NCBI GenBank assembly: GCA_963716765.1
Contig: CAVQUO010000018.1
Location: forward strand, 59,951-123,950
Origin: an uncultured Bacteroidota bacterium
Lineage (GTDB): Bacteria > Bacteroidota > Bacteroidia > Bacteroidales > GCA-2748055
Length of the DNA: 64,000 bases
Direction: 5' to 3'
The position numbers and the translations under genes are program-made. The notes below the pieces were generated by a model. The model had not been told where the DNA came from and did not search any database. It saw nothing but the letters and a program-made list of their open reading frames with translations. This document shows positions 12,042 to 24,859 of the stretch, one piece after another. Positions within the stretch are counted from its first letter, which is position 1; the number at the start of each line of letters is the position of its first letter.

Positions 12042-15000
12042 TTAAAAATCGAGACTCAGTGAAAGGTAGAACATTCTTTGCTGAACCTCCATATTTTCCA
12101 AACCCCAGGCCCAGTCGAGTCTTATAAAGTAGCCCAGGAGCATGGCTCTTATTCCCACTCCGTATCCTGCTACAATGGGGTCCCTGTTTGCATCCAGCGT
12201 AATGGTCATGGGACCATTATAGATCACTTCCTTATCCCAGGCATTGTCGCCCGAGTAGGGGTGTGGCCCGGTCCAGGCTGTCCCTATGTCGAAAAAACCA
12301 ACGATCTGAAAATTGTTCAGGAAACCCGATGAAAGAGGGTGTCCCGCCAGGTAACGAAAAAGGGGCAATCTCAATTCAGAATTGAATACTGCAAAATTGC
12401 TACCATTCCGGATATTTTGGGAGAATCCCCTCACGTTGGTCGCAAGGGCCTGGTAGGCGTAGTTTTTTGTACGGTCGATGGCAACAAAAGGATTAAAAGT
12501 GGGCACGTTTGACTGGTTGAGATTGATCCAGTTGTCCACACTTCCCAGGTAGTAGATCAAAGGACTTCTGCCAAATGATGTACTGGCGGCAAAACGGTTC
12601 GCCCAGATGAGGGTCCTGTGTATCCGGATATAGTGTCTGAAATCGCCTCCGATGACAAAGAGATCTGATTTGGCCTGGTTGATCTGGCGATAGGCTTCTC
12701 CGAATATTTTCAGGCGGGTTCCGCTATAGAGGTTGGTCCCCAGTACCCGTGTATTGTCAAAAATAAGTTCTGCCTTTAATCCCCCCCACACTTTGGAGAT
12801 GGGAGGTTCATTGAGGTTGTTAATATCAGTGGAAAGAAATACCGTATTATCGTGTCTGAAGGAGACTGTTCCTTTTAATGCAAGCGTCTGGCTAAAGGGG
12901 TATTTCACAACTCCCAGTAACTCGTGGGTGTAGGTCTTTATATAGGATTCGTAGGTGTAGTTCTTAAACACCTGTCTGTGAAATATCAGCTGTTTATCCA
13001 GACGTTTTTTTACATTCTCAAAACTGAGCAGATATTCGTTGCTGTCAAAGTCAGTGGCAAAGCGTACCCCTCCCGTGAGCCTGTAATCTTCAAAAATATC
13101 ATTGGCACCCACTTTGAACAGCAGGTTCAGCCCGGGATTATAATAAAAGGCTCCTCCGGTAAAAGCCTGGTAGGAAGCATTTAAGAAACTGAAATCGATC
13201 TGGCTTACCAGAAGATCTGGATAAAATGCAACCTGGTAGTCGATATACATCATCCTGTCATTGGTTGTGGAATCCAATACCAGGTTCAGGCTCCTGCTTC
13301 TCAGCTGGTTATTGTAATAGTTTAGTTTCTCCCGCTCAAAAATGTAATTATTAATGTCGATTCTAAATTCCTGCAAGGAGATGGTATCCCCCTTGTGAAC
13401 CAGCTGATTGTCTGCAATATCCTTCAGGGAGATTACCTTCTTTTCTATGTGATGCACTGAATCCTCTTTCATCAGGCGATCCACATGTCTGTCCCTGTAT
13501 TCGGTTTCTGGGAGTTTATCCCCGTGAACAGGGCTCATATCCATGGGATAGCGATACATCTGGTACCTCTTATCGAAATAAACAATCTCTGCAATTTCAC
13601 CTGTGGTAGGTATTAATATCATGGGACAGAATGTTCCGGTCGTAGTTGGTGAGAGGATAAGAATTGGCAAAATAGCGATAGTGAACAGTGGTGTCCACCA
13701 GGCAGATCAAACTGTCGTATTCTGCGTAATAACGGTTTACAATGCCATTTTTATCGCTCAGGTAAAAGAACTTGTTTTTGCCGGGAGAAAGGCTTTGGGT
13801 ATGATTGATGTACTCCCCTTCTGAGATTTTCTGCAGTTCCGGACTTTTCCCTGCATAATCATATACAAATACTGAATAAGCAGTGGTGGTATTGTTTTCC
13901 GGATCATCCTTGTAGTAGAGTTCGTTAAACCGGCGGTTAGATACAAAGGAAATATTGTTCATGTCGTTCATGAACCGAGGGTAAAAGTCATCCGCCAGAT
14001 CGTTGGTAATCCGCTCGTTGGTGGACGAGGCTATGTCAAATACCCAGATATCTGTTTGTCCGTTTGTCACAGCCGAAAAGACCAGTTTCCGGGCATCGGG
14101 CGAGAAACTCATGTCCAGAACCTTTTCAAAGTTGAGTAGGTTCCGGGTTGTGATTTCTTCGGTTTCCCGATTGTAAAAATGGATTTTCAGAAAGCCCTTC
14201 TCTTCGGTGATAAAACTGAGTATTACAGAGGAAGGGTGCCAGGCAATTTCGGGGAAGGAGTAGTCATTGATCTGGTCCAGTTTATGCTCCTTTTTATAGA
14301 TCTTTTTATGTTTTACCTGAGACATGTATCCTGGATCCAAACCTTATACTGTCCTTTCTGGTTGGTGATATAAGCCAGGTGATATCCGTCGGGGCTGATC
14401 CTTATGTTCTGGTAGACCCGTTTTTTATTGGTTCTTTTGAGCACCTTCGCTTCCTCGGGCAAGCCGGCATTCTCATTGCCGGTGTTATAAAAGCCCCATG
14501 TAGTAGGCAGCCCAATCATAGGATAGCTCTTTTAATTTACTTCCCAGTACATACTGAAATCCACTCTCTGCGTTCTTATTGAGCTTGGTAATATAAAGAA
14601 TCTGGGGAATAATGCTCTGGCCGTAAAGATCTGCCACATATTTCCAGAAGGAGTGGCCTGCATAGCGAGCATCATCATCCTGTAGATTCACAAATTTCTT
14701 GTATTTACCGGAGACGATGCCATCCTTAACCCGGTTTTCAAGTGAATAATCCCAGGGGTTGGATACAAAGGAGATCAGACCTTCAATGATACCAGTCGGG
14801 CAGGTTAATGATGGTTGAGTTGGTCATGTTATCCCTGAGACCATTTCCAAACATCATTTCGTTTAAGAGAACCTCGGCAATGGCAGCCCGGATCTGCCTT
14901 TCAAAAGCTACATGGTCACCATCGAAATAGAGGAAAACCTTATTTTGAATGATGTGGGTGGTTCCCCCGATATTGTACTCTTCGTTTTCAGTGTTGAGTC

Positions 15001-15319
15001 CGATGTTGCTCTGGCGGTAATCGGACATCTTATTGTAGGCAAGGAAGATCAGTCTCCTTTCAATATCGTAGTCGAAAAACCGTTCGATCAGTTCCAGCTC
15101 TTTCTCAACAAAATCAGCCACATAGAGGGAGAGGTCTGTCCCGTTTTCATAAGAGTAGACATCGAAACGATCGAAGCGGTAGTATTTCCAGTAACGTTCA
15201 TTGTATTGAACACGGTTTTTCCCGAAATTCATTTGCATCCCATTGTAGAACTGAGCTGACAGGTTTGTAAAGCCTGTCATCAGAACCAATACGAGCCATA
15301 TGCGAAGATTGCTTCTCAT
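12042..15319 (-). CDS. Large outer-membrane protein: peptidase-MA-like N-domain, TolB/PD40 propeller and Omp85/BamA-like C-terminal barrel (frameshifted)
   Basis: FGKNRVQY N-terminus, SPDG/SPDA PD40 repeats, VRGF, ELRLP, GFFDIGTAW, GYGVGIR, RLDWAWG, terminal DF. Confidence 0.75.
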
Positions 15320-15483
15320 TTCATTCAATGCCCTAAAAATAATCATTATTAGCCATATGTAGGTTTAAAACTTCGGCCCGATGTTTGCAATTGAGTTAAT
15401 GCCTCAATAATTGTGCAACTATTAGTACTGTTTTATTGTTAAATTTGTAATCAGTTTATTCTTTAAATAATCATTCTGTAAAA

Positions 15484-16582
15484 ATGCTAGATAAAATGAA
15501 ACGCATATCAATGCTTTTGCTTGTGTCTTTATTACTGGCACCTCTGACTGCTCAAACGGTCAAGCCTAAAATATCTTTTGAAAAAGACTTGCATGACTTC
15601 GGAAAGTTTATGGAGTCCGATGGAAAGGTAACTTACCAATTTGCCTTTGTGAATACAGGTGGAGATGATCTGTTTATACAAAATGTGACAGCATCCTGTG
15701 GTTGTACGGCCCCCGAGTGGACACGCGAGCCCGTTCCTCCCGGTGGGAAAGGATATGTGGCTGCCACATATAATCCTGCAGGCCGACCCGGTCCGTTCAG
15801 GAAATATATCACGGTCGTTTCCAATTCCGACCCAGGAAGCGTCCGGCTGACCATTACCGGAGAGGTAACACCCAAGGCACGTTCCATTGAGGATGATTAT
15901 CGCTATGAGATGGGGCCCATGCGCTTGAAATCCAATCACCTGGCTTTCGGGAATATCATGAATACCAGAACAAGCGAAAAGAGCCTTGAAGTGGTCAATA
16001 CTTCGGAGGAAGCTGTTGTTATTGAATTTGTGGGTATTCCGAGTCATCTCAGCATTGAGGCTGTTCCGCCTACCCTTGCCCCTGGTCAAAAAGGGAACCT
16101 GGTGGCAAAATATAATGCTCCTCAGCGAAACGACTGGGGATTCGTGATCGACAGGATGAATCTGAAAATAAACGGTGTTTCGGAAAGGAACTACAGCCTG
16201 GTGATTAGTGCCAATATCGAAGAAGATTTCTCAGCCATATCGGCCGATGAGCTGGCCGCAGCACCTGTGCTCAGCGTGGATGATCCTGAATTTAAGTTTG
16301 GGAACATCAAAGAGGGCGAAAAAGTTGAACATGTTTATGTCCTGTCTAACTCGGGCAAATCGGATCTCCACATCCGAAAAGTAAAGGCCTCATGCGGATG
16401 CACTGCCGTACAGCCCGAGAAAAATGTGATCTGCCCCCGGCGAATCGGTAAACATTAAAACTGTTTTTAACTCTGCCGGAAAGGTAGGTAGCCAAAACAA
16501 AACAGTTACCATCATCACCAACGATCCAAAGAAGAGTAAAATGATACTGTGGGTAGGGGAAGTCGTAAGTCTTAAAGTGTAA
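15484..16582 (+). CDS. DUF1573 domain-containing exported protein (frameshift near 16440)
   Basis: Two ASCGCT Ig-like repeats, HDFG motif, signal peptide. Confidence 0.88.
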
Positions 16583-16706
16583 AGCTAAAGTCGTCAAGTC
16601 GAAAGTACATAAAGCAGTGAGCCGGTTGCAGTATGCTCCGGCTCTCTCACTTTGTACTTTCAGTACTACAGACTTTGCACTACGTACTTTACAGACTTTA
16701 CAGACT
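16559..16706. repeat. Opposed degenerate TAAAGTC-type tandem tracts flanking a hairpin between convergent genes
   Basis: Plus-strand AAGTC/TAAAG units (16559-16615), hairpin GAGCCGG...CCGGCTC, then the reverse-complement tract ACTTTACAGACTTTACAGACT. Confidence 0.8.
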
Positions 16707-17794
16707 AAGGATGCTCGATGGCTTCACGAAGCTCATCTCCATGCAGGTTCTTGGCAGTGATGATGCCGTCGCGGTCAATCAGAACAGCATGGGGGATGGC
16801 AGGAACACCATAGAGTTTGGATCCTTCGCACTCCCAGCCTTTCACGTCGGAGATGTGGCTCCAGGTCAGATGATCATCTTCGATGGCTTTTAACCAGGCT
16901 GGCTTTGTCGCTGTCAAGGGATACTCCCAGGATATCAAAGCCCTTTTCGTGGTATTCGGTGTAGATCTGAACCAGTTCAGGGTTTGCTGCCCGACAGGGG
17001 TTGCACCAGGAGGCCCAGAAATCGATGAGCAGCACTTGTCCGTTGTGTACTTCAGAAACAGTGAGCATCTTTCCTTCAGGGGTCTCCAGGCCGAAGTCGA
17101 TAAAGTGCTGCCCAATGGCCACCTTCTTTTGTTTTTCCATGATTCCATACATGTACTCATATTCTTCCATCTGCTGCACTGCAGGGTCCAGCGAGGTGAG
17201 AACCTCCTCCAGTTGATCGGTATCCAGTGCATAGAAGCTGTTCCTTAACACCAGCACAGATGCAAAAGCGGCGGGATTTTCAGCGATGTAAACTGAGTCC
17301 ATGGCCGTTTTCTCTGTGTTGACCAGTTCATAATTAGCAATGATGCTGTCTGCGGCTGCCTGGTCCTCCTTTTCCATGGCCGCATAATATGCTTCAACAA
17401 TGGCTGAAAGTTTATCGTCATATTTGGCGCTTTTCTCATTGTATGTGTTAAGGTCTTTCTGTGCCTGGCTTGAGGTTTCGATGATGGGTGCTTCGATGCT
17501 TCCGGAGATGGTGTATTCTGCATTCTCCATGAGAAGCCTGACCGATTTTCTTTGCCCTTTCACTGAAAGGTACATGGTCTGAACCCCTTCGATACTATTT
17601 GAAAGTACTGCAGGAACCCCTGCTTCAATCAGTACAGAGTCTGTAACAACATACTCCCTGTTTACCCTTGAGGTGAGGGTTACCCATTTTCCTTCGAGCC
17701 CATCCAGATTAAGGTTCACGGTATAGCTCTCAGCTGCCTTTTCACAGGAGGTGACCATCAAAAGGATAAATAGTGATAAAATAAGATTTCGCAT
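16705..17794 (-). CDS. TlpA/AhpC-TSA thiol-disulfide oxidoreductase lipoprotein with DUF4369-like N-domain (frameshift near 16890)
   Basis: Lipobox VTSC; IDFWASWCNPCR; GVSLD. Confidence 0.9.
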
Positions 17795-17853
17795 GTTTTA
17801 GGTTTTAGGTTTAAAGCGCAATTATACAACTATTTATCGTGTTGAAAAGGCCG

Positions 17854-18954
17854 TCAGGAGAATTTGTGTCCCGATTTATACTTGTTCAAAATAGTTGTGG
17901 CCGCCATATGGGATGTTATCTCGCCCGATTTAATGGAATCCTCGAGCTTTTTAAGCTCTTTCTGCAAGTCAGGATCACTGAAAACCTGTTGATAGATTCC
18001 TTCCCTTATGGTTTCATACATCCAGAACCTGGATTGATCGCTTCGTCTGGAAGCGAGAAATCCGTTTTCTGAAACGAAACGATGGTACTGCCTGACCATA
18101 TCCCAAACCTCACTGATCCCGGTTTGATAAAGAGAGGAACAGGTGCTAACCTTTGGGGACCATCCTGACACGGAAGGGGGGAAGAGGTGCAGGGCGTTGG
18201 CAAATTCGGCCTGGGCTCGTTTGGCCTTCTGAATGTTGTTTCCGTCAGCCTTGTTGATCACAATCCCATCGGCCATTTCCATAATACCCCGCTTGATCCC
18301 CTGGAGTTCATCTCCTGCCCCGGCAAGCATTAGCAGAAGGAAAAAATCCACCATGCCGTGAACGGCTGTTTCGGACTGACCGACTCCAACGGTTTCCACA
18401 AAGATGGTATCGAATCCGGCTGCTTCACAGAGAATCATGGTTTCCCGGGTTTTTCTGGCCACGCCTCCCAGGGTGCCTCCCGCAGGGGAGGGTCTGATAA
18501 AGGCTTCCTTTCTTCCGGCCAGCTCTTCCATCCGGGTTTTGTCACCCAGGATGCTTCCTTTTGATCGCTCACTGCTGGGATCAATGGCAAGTACTGCAAG
18601 TTTCCCGCCTCTGTCAATAATGTGTTTTCCCAGTGCTTCGATGAAGGTGCTTTTCCCGGCACCGGGTACTCCGGTGATCCCCAGTCGGAATGCCTTTCCT
18701 GAAAAGGGCAGACAGGCTGATATCAGTTTTTGAGCTTCGGCTTCATGGTTTGGAAGGTGACTTTCTACCAAAGTAATGGCCCGACCCAGCGAAGAGATGT
18801 CGCCATTGCGGATTCCTTCGAAGAGCAGGGATGCTGAGGGCTTGCCCTTCATCGCTTTCTTCAGTCGGCTGACAGCTTCGTTGTTCACCGCCTCAGGCTG
18901 GGGAACCCCCTTAGTCACCGAAAGGGCTGATTTATTTTTGGAGGATCCGCTCAT
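17854..18954 (-). CDS. meaB: Methylmalonyl-CoA mutase-associated GTPase MeaB
   Basis: GITGVPGAGKST, DPSS..SKGSILGDKTRM, ETVGVGQSE, GDELQGIKRG, NKAD. Confidence 0.96.
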   Translation of the reverse strand: MSGSSKNKSALSVTKGVPQPEAVNNEAVSRLKKAMKGKPSASLLFEGIRNGDISSLGRAITLVESHLPNHEAEAQKLISACLPFSGKAFRLGITGVPGAGKSTFIEALGKHIIDRGGKLAVLAIDPSSERSKGSILGDKTRMEELAGRKEAFIRPSPAGGTLGGVARKTRETMILCEAAGFDTIFVETVGVGQSETAVHGMVDFFLLLMLAGAGDELQGIKRGIMEMADGIVINKADGNNIQKAKRAQAEFANALHLFPPSVSGWSPKVSTCSSLYQTGISEVWDMVRQYHRFVSENGFLASRRSDQSRFWMYETIREGIYQQVFSDPDLQKELKKLEDSIKSGEITSHMAATTILNKYKSGHKFS

Positions 18955-18985
18955 GGCGCAGCTGTGTTTTTTTGGTCAGGCCCCA

Positions 18986-21068
18986 CTATGACTCATCCTG
19001 GCAATACTTATTCCTGAAATATTCGTAGGTGGCAATCTGTGACCTGATATCCGCTCCCCTGGTGACAATCCTGTTGTTGGTAGAGCTTTTCGTCAATTTC
19101 ACAGGCTTTCACATTGTCAGACAGCTGAATATTCAGAATATCCAGGAGCTCCTTTTTGGCATCGGGATCATAAACAGGGAATACACATTCAACCCTGCGC
19201 CTGAGGTTTCTTTTCATCCAGTCGGCCGAACCCATGAATACCCTGTGATCGCCATTATTGAGAAATACAAATACCCTGGCATGCTCAAGGAATCTGTCTA
19301 CGATTCTGATTACCCTGATGTTTTTGCTGTAGGGCTGTCCCGGTTTCAGGGTGCAGACTCCACGAATAATCAGGTCAACTTTTACGCCTGCTTCACTGGC
19401 CCTGTAGAGGGCATCCACCATTTCGCCATCCTGCAAGTCCGTTCATTTTGAGCAGGATATAGCCAATACCTCCTTTTCTGGAGATCTCTATTTCCTTGTT
19501 TATTAATTTCATGAATTCAGGAATCATATTAAAAACAGGAACCAGGATGTGTTTGAATTTTGGTTTGTAAGTCTGGTCCTCCAGGTAGCGGTAAAGATTC
19601 TTCACATCCTTTAAAATTTCAGGATTTGATGTGAGGAGTCCATGGTCCCCATAAATTCTGGCTGTTTTTTCATTGAAGTTACCAGTTCCCAGGTAGGCCT
19701 GGTCGCCATGTTTTGCCCCTTTCTCCCTAATAACCAGTGCGATTTTGGCATGGACCTTCAGATTTGGGTATACTGTAGATGATCCTGATACCCGCTTTGG
19801 TCATTTCATTGGCCCATTTAAGGTTGGCCTCCTCATCGAAACGGGCTTTCAGTTCAACAAAAACGGTAACTTTTTTCCCGTTCTCAGCCGCATCAATTAG
19901 GGAATTTACCACCACCGAGTGGTCCGAAACCCTGTATTGTGTTGTCTTGATCTTCTGTCACTGTGGGGTCAACGGCTGCCTCTCTTAAAAACCTCAGGTA
20001 GTGTTCAAAAGGCTGATAGGGGAAACTGAGCAGATAATCCATTTTGCCAATCATGGCAGCAATGGGTTTCTTCAGGTTTGAAAGTGAAGGAATGGGAATG
20101 GGTGGGAGGTTTTCAATCTCAAGCTGAGGATATACCGGATTAGGGAAACCAAAAAAGTCCCTGAAATTATGCCTGCTGCCACCCATTACCAAAAGGTCCT
20201 TTGATATGTGAAAAGAGGTTCTCAGGTACTCCAGAAGCTTTTCGGGCATCTTCCTGTCATATTGGAAACGGTTTGCCAGGCCCACTGAACGATAGGACCT
20301 GATCCGGTCGATGGCATCGATCAGGTCATCACCCTCAAATTCGTCATAATCCATATCAGCATCCCTGGTCAGCTTCAGAGAATAACTTTTTAATACCTTG
20401 TACCCCGGGAATATGGCGTCGATGTGACGCATAATAACATCCTCAAGAAACATGAGGTAATATTGGCCGTTTTCACTGGGTAGTTCTATAAATCTTGGAA
20501 ATTTATGGTCGGTGGGAATCTTTACAATGCTATAACGCTCCCTCCTTTCCTTGCCTTTGTTTTCATGGCTAACCATTTCCAGAGCCAAATAAGGGTGACC
20601 GGTTTTAAGGAAGGGCCTTACCTTCCCTTTCACCAGCAAAATTGGCTGGATGGAGGTAATAAGATCGGAGTAGAATACCTTCCTGATAAAGTCCAGCTGG
20701 GATTGGGATAGCTTGTCTTTTTCATTCACAACTACGATGTTATTCTTCCTTAGTTCGGGGAGGATCTCATCTTCAAAAATCAGGTGAAAGATCGATTGCT
20801 GATTGGTGACAATTTCGTTAATATGCCGGATAATCCTTCCCGGATCTACCTCCTTGATGTGTTGTTTCGGGAACTCATTCTGGTGGCGAAGCATTTGTTT
20901 GTAGTAACTCACCCGAACCTGGTAAAACTCTTCGGTATTGTTTGAGTATATAGCCAGGAATTTAATGCGTTCGTACAGGGGGAGTGTTTTGTCCATTGCC
21001 TCCTGCAGAACCCTGAAATTGAAAGAGAGCCAGCTGATATCTCTGTTGATGTATGTGTATTTTCCCAT
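18986..21068 (-). CDS. ppk1: Polyphosphate kinase 1 (frameshifted)
   Basis: [46 protein letters not shown]. Confidence 0.96.
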
Positions 21069-21201
21069 AGTTAGTGATCAGTTTCCAAAGGTAACGATAG
21101 TTTAGGAAAGCTCAAATCGGTATAAAATGGGGTATGTCCAATGGATTATTCAAATTGCGAATTTCGTGAAATTTCTTTAAATTAGGGGAAAATCCCAACA
21201 A

Positions 21202-21642
21202 ATGGAAATATTATCTGATCCCGCAGTTATCTGGTTCCTGATTGGTCTGGGGCTGCTTTTGCTGGAACTTGTACTACCCGGCCTGGTAATTCTCTTTTTT
21301 GGAGCTGGAGCCTGGGTAACCGCACTGGCCTGCGTCATTCATGACTTCAGTCTGAACTGGCAGATCCTGATTTTTTTGGTGGCCTCTTTGTTGGGACTGG
21401 TCTTGCTTCGGAAATACCTAAAAAGAAAGTTTTTCGACAAAAAGAAAGGGGAGATTGAAGAACAGCTGGAAGAGTTCATCGGCAAGAAGGCCCAGGCCAT
21501 TGAGGACTTCAAGGATGGGAACGGCAAGGTTGAGTTCAAAGGGACCCATTGGATGGCCCGTTGCGAGACTCCCGTGAAGAAAAACCAATGGTTAATTATT
21601 GTGAGTAAGGATAGCCTGATACTGGAAGTCAAACCAAACTAA
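21202..21642 (+). CDS. NfeD family membrane protein (short form)
   Basis: Hydrophobic N-terminus, GKVEFKGTHWMA OB-fold; directly upstream of an SPFH gene. Confidence 0.88.
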   Translation: MEILSDPAVIWFLIGLGLLLLELVLPGLVILFFGAGAWVTALACVIHDFSLNWQILIFLVASLLGLVLLRKYLKRKFFDKKKGEIEEQLEEFIGKKAQAIEDFKDGNGKVEFKGTHWMARCETPVKKNQWLIIVSKDSLILEVKPN

Positions 21643-21690
21643 CCCATCCACACCCCTAACCTCTAACCCAACTACTAACTACCTAACTAT
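21631..21690 (+). repeat. Degenerate CTAAC 7-8-mer tract after the nfeD stop
   Basis: aaactaacc...cctaacctctaacccaactactaactacctaact. Confidence 0.6.
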
Positions 21691-21691
21691 C

Positions 21692-22618
21692 ATGGAAATG
21701 AACGCATTAACCCTCGTTTATGTCGGCCTTATTTTGCTGGCACTCATTATTCTGCTATCCTCCGTTAAAGTCGTTCCCCAGAGGAGTGCCTATATTGTTG
21801 AACGTTTAGGTAAATATCGTACCACACTTACTGCGGGATTTCATATTCTTTTTCCTTTCATCGACCGAATTCGTTACAAGCATACCCTGAAAGAGCAGGC
21901 CATCGATGTGGCCTCACAAATTTGTATTACCAGGGACAATATCTCCGTTGAAGTGGACGGCATCCTTTATTTACAAGTGATGGACCCTTCCAAGGCTTCC
22001 TATGGGATTGACCATTACCAGTTCGCTTCCATTCAGATAGCCCAGACCACCATGAGGAGTATTATCGGGAAGCTGGAGCTTGATAAAACATTTGAGGAAA
22101 GGGAGACCATTAACAACAGTATTGTTGCTGCTGTGGATAAAGCAAGTGATCCCTGGGGCGTAAAAGTATCCAGGTACGAAGTTAAAAATATCATTCCGCC
22201 TCAAAGTATCAAAGATGCCATGGAGAAGCAGATGCGCGCGGAACGGGAGAAGAGAGCTGTCATTGCCGAATCAGAAGGGGAGAAGCAGGCCAAGATTAAT
22301 GTGGCTGAAGGTTCAAAGCAACAAGCCATAGCTGAGTCGGAGGGAGAGATGCAAAAAAGGATCAACGAAGCTTCTGGCCGGGCCTCAGAGATTGAGCAGG
22401 TGGCCACCGCCACTGCCAATGGTATCAGGGCCATAGCCTTAGCCATGAACGAAGAGGGAGGGAAAGATGCAGTAAACCTGAGAATTGCAGAGCAGTATCT
22501 GACCGAGTTCGGAAAGCTGGCCAAGGAGTCCAATACCCTGATTATGCCCTCCAACCTTACCGATATTTCAAGCATTATCGCCACAGCTACCAAAGTTTTC
22601 GAGACCACCAAAAAGTAA
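21692..22618 (+). CDS. SPFH/band-7 stomatin-like protein (QmcA/paraslipin type)
   Basis: VERLGKY, ITRDN, PWGVKVSRYE, MEKQMRAEREKRA. Confidence 0.93.
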   Translation: MEMNALTLVYVGLILLALIILLSSVKVVPQRSAYIVERLGKYRTTLTAGFHILFPFIDRIRYKHTLKEQAIDVASQICITRDNISVEVDGILYLQVMDPSKASYGIDHYQFASIQIAQTTMRSIIGKLELDKTFEERETINNSIVAAVDKASDPWGVKVSRYEVKNIIPPQSIKDAMEKQMRAEREKRAVIAESEGEKQAKINVAEGSKQQAIAESEGEMQKRINEASGRASEIEQVATATANGIRAIALAMNEEGGKDAVNLRIAEQYLTEFGKLAKESNTLIMPSNLTDISSIIATATKVFETTKK

Positions 22619-22680
22619 CTTTCCCATATAGCTTCCTTGAACAAAGAGCTGATAATCATGGTTACAGTAGAAATTAAGCA

Positions 22681-24840
22681 ATGAAAATGAAAAAAACCTT
22701 ATTATTACTAAGCCTGGCCATATTTCTTATTCAATGTGTGAGTGATCCGGAGAAGCCGGCACTGGCTCCGGTCCAAGTTGAGGTGAATGAGTACTGGGGT
22801 GTGGAACTTGCCGATCCCTACCAGTACATGGAGGATATGGAAGACACCATTGTTAAAAACTGGATGATTGCCAATTCAGATTATGCAAGGATCATACTGG
22901 ATGGGATTTCCGGGAGGACCGGGATCATCGAAAAATTCCAGGAATTTGATGAAAGAAGATCTGACCAGGTTTCCGACCTGACCATCCTGGATAATGATCG
23001 CTATTTTTATCTGAAAACCACACCTGAAGATGAATCTGGTAAGCTTTTTACAAGGCAAGGTTTTGAGGGTGAGGAGAAACTGCTATTCGATCCTGAGACT
23101 TATGGAGAAGATTCGCTGGATTATGTAATTGGCAGTATTTCACCCACTTTTGACGGTGACAAGGTTGCCTTTACTGTTGAGCCCAACGGATCGGAAAATT
23201 CCACACTATTGATTCTGAACCTGGAAAGTGGTGAATTTTATCCCGAAACGCTTAAGTTAACCCTGGGTGGCGGATCCTGGCTGGCCGATGGGGAGCACTT
23301 CCTCTATACAAAGGTCAACTCAGAAGATGTCTTTGACCCCACGCGTTATTTAAGCACAAAATCATATCTGCATAAATTGGGAACTGCCCAGTCGAAGGAC
23401 AAGGTCTTTTTCAGTGGAGAAAAATACCCCGAACTGGGTATTAAGCCCCAGGAGTTTCCCTTTGCATTCTATGATATCTATTCTGATCATGTTTTCCTGG
23501 GGTTCTTCAGTGTTGAGGCTTATATGAAACTCTTTGTGGCCAAGGGCGAGAAAATGTTTGATGATAAGGTGAATTGGAAGCAGCTCACTACCCTGGAAGA
23601 CCAGGTACAGAATATTTATCCAAAGGGAAATGAACTTTATGCCTATACCGCAAAGGGTGCGCCTGGTTTTAAGGTCTTGAAGACTGATATATGGAACCCT
23701 GATTTTGAAAATGCCGAGGTCTATATCCCCGAGCCTGCCGAGGGTGTCCTGGAGGACTTTGTGATGACCAGTGAGGGTACCTATTTCACTGTCAAATCTA
23801 ATGGAACTCAGACCAGGGTTTATAAAAAGGATGGTAGCGGCATTTCCGAGATAAAGCTCCCTGTAAGCGCCGGTTCAGTTTACCTGCGTTCTAAGGGATA
23901 TAAATTCTCCGATTTATGGATATCACTTACAGGCTGGACACTCGATGGAAAAAGATACAGGTACCACACTGAAGATGGCTCATTTGCTGAAGAACAATTG
24001 TCAAAAAAGGCAGAGTATCCCGAGTTCGAGGGCATGATGGTTGAAGAGCTGATGGTGCCTTCGCACGATGGGGTTGAAGTACCACTGTCGCTTATCTATC
24101 ACAAAGATCTGGTCAAAGATGGAGCTGCTCCCCTGTTGATCTATGGATATGGTTCCTATGGTTCCACCGATGATCCTGGATTCAGTTCACTACGCCTTCT
24201 GTGGTGTTCCTATGGAGGCATCTGGGCCACCGCCCACGTTCGTGGAGGAGGGGCCCTGGGAGATGAATGGAGACTGGCAGGATATAAAACCAAAAAGCCC
24301 AATACCTGGAAGGACCTGATTGCCGTCACCGAATACCTTCAGGAAGAGTCATATTCATCTCCCGGGCATACGATTATCATTGGAGGAAGTGCTGGGGGTA
24401 TCCTTGTGGGGAGGGCCATGACTGACCGCCCTGATCTATATAAGGTCGTATTGCCCATGGTTGGTGCCATGAACAATGTTCGGATGGAACTGAGTCCCAA
24501 CGGACCTGGAAACATCCCCGAATTCGGTACCGTGGAAGACTCAGTGGAATTTTTTGCCCTGCTGGAGATGGACTCTTATCATCATCTTGAAGAAGGCGTA
24601 AATTATCCTGCCACCCTGACCACTGCAGGATTAAATGATCCTCGTGTAATCGCATGGCAACCTGGTAAATTTGCAGCAAAACTTCAGGCCTGCAATGCCT
24701 CTGATAATCCTCAGCTGTTTCTGGTGGACTATAAGGCCGGTCATGGAATCGGAAACACCAAATCCAAGAACTGGGAGAATTGGGCTGACTATTTCAGCTT
24801 TGCCTTGTGGCAGACCGGGCATCCTGATTTTAAACGCTGA
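22681..24840 (+). CDS. Prolyl oligopeptidase family S9A, exported (possible lipoprotein)
   Basis: DPYQYME, YGYGSY, VRGGG, GGSAGG nucleophile, NDPRV, AGHG. Confidence 0.95.
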   Translation: MKMKKTLLLLSLAIFLIQCVSDPEKPALAPVQVEVNEYWGVELADPYQYMEDMEDTIVKNWMIANSDYARIILDGISGRTGIIEKFQEFDERRSDQVSDLTILDNDRYFYLKTTPEDESGKLFTRQGFEGEEKLLFDPETYGEDSLDYVIGSISPTFDGDKVAFTVEPNGSENSTLLILNLESGEFYPETLKLTLGGGSWLADGEHFLYTKVNSEDVFDPTRYLSTKSYLHKLGTAQSKDKVFFSGEKYPELGIKPQEFPFAFYDIYSDHVFLGFFSVEAYMKLFVAKGEKMFDDKVNWKQLTTLEDQVQNIYPKGNELYAYTAKGAPGFKVLKTDIWNPDFENAEVYIPEPAEGVLEDFVMTSEGTYFTVKSNGTQTRVYKKDGSGISEIKLPVSAGSVYLRSKGYKFSDLWISLTGWTLDGKRYRYHTEDGSFAEEQLSKKAEYPEFEGMMVEELMVPSHDGVEVPLSLIYHKDLVKDGAAPLLIYGYGSYGSTDDPGFSSLRLLWCSYGGIWATAHVRGGGALGDEWRLAGYKTKKPNTWKDLIAVTEYLQEESYSSPGHTIIIGGSAGGILVGRAMTDRPDLYKVVLPMVGAMNNVRMELSPNGPGNIPEFGTVEDSVEFFALLEMDSYHHLEEGVNYPATLTTAGLNDPRVIAWQPGKFAAKLQACNASDNPQLFLVDYKAGHGIGNTKSKNWENWADYFSFALWQTGHPDFKR

Positions 24841-24859
24841 TTTTAGCAAAATCCACTTA

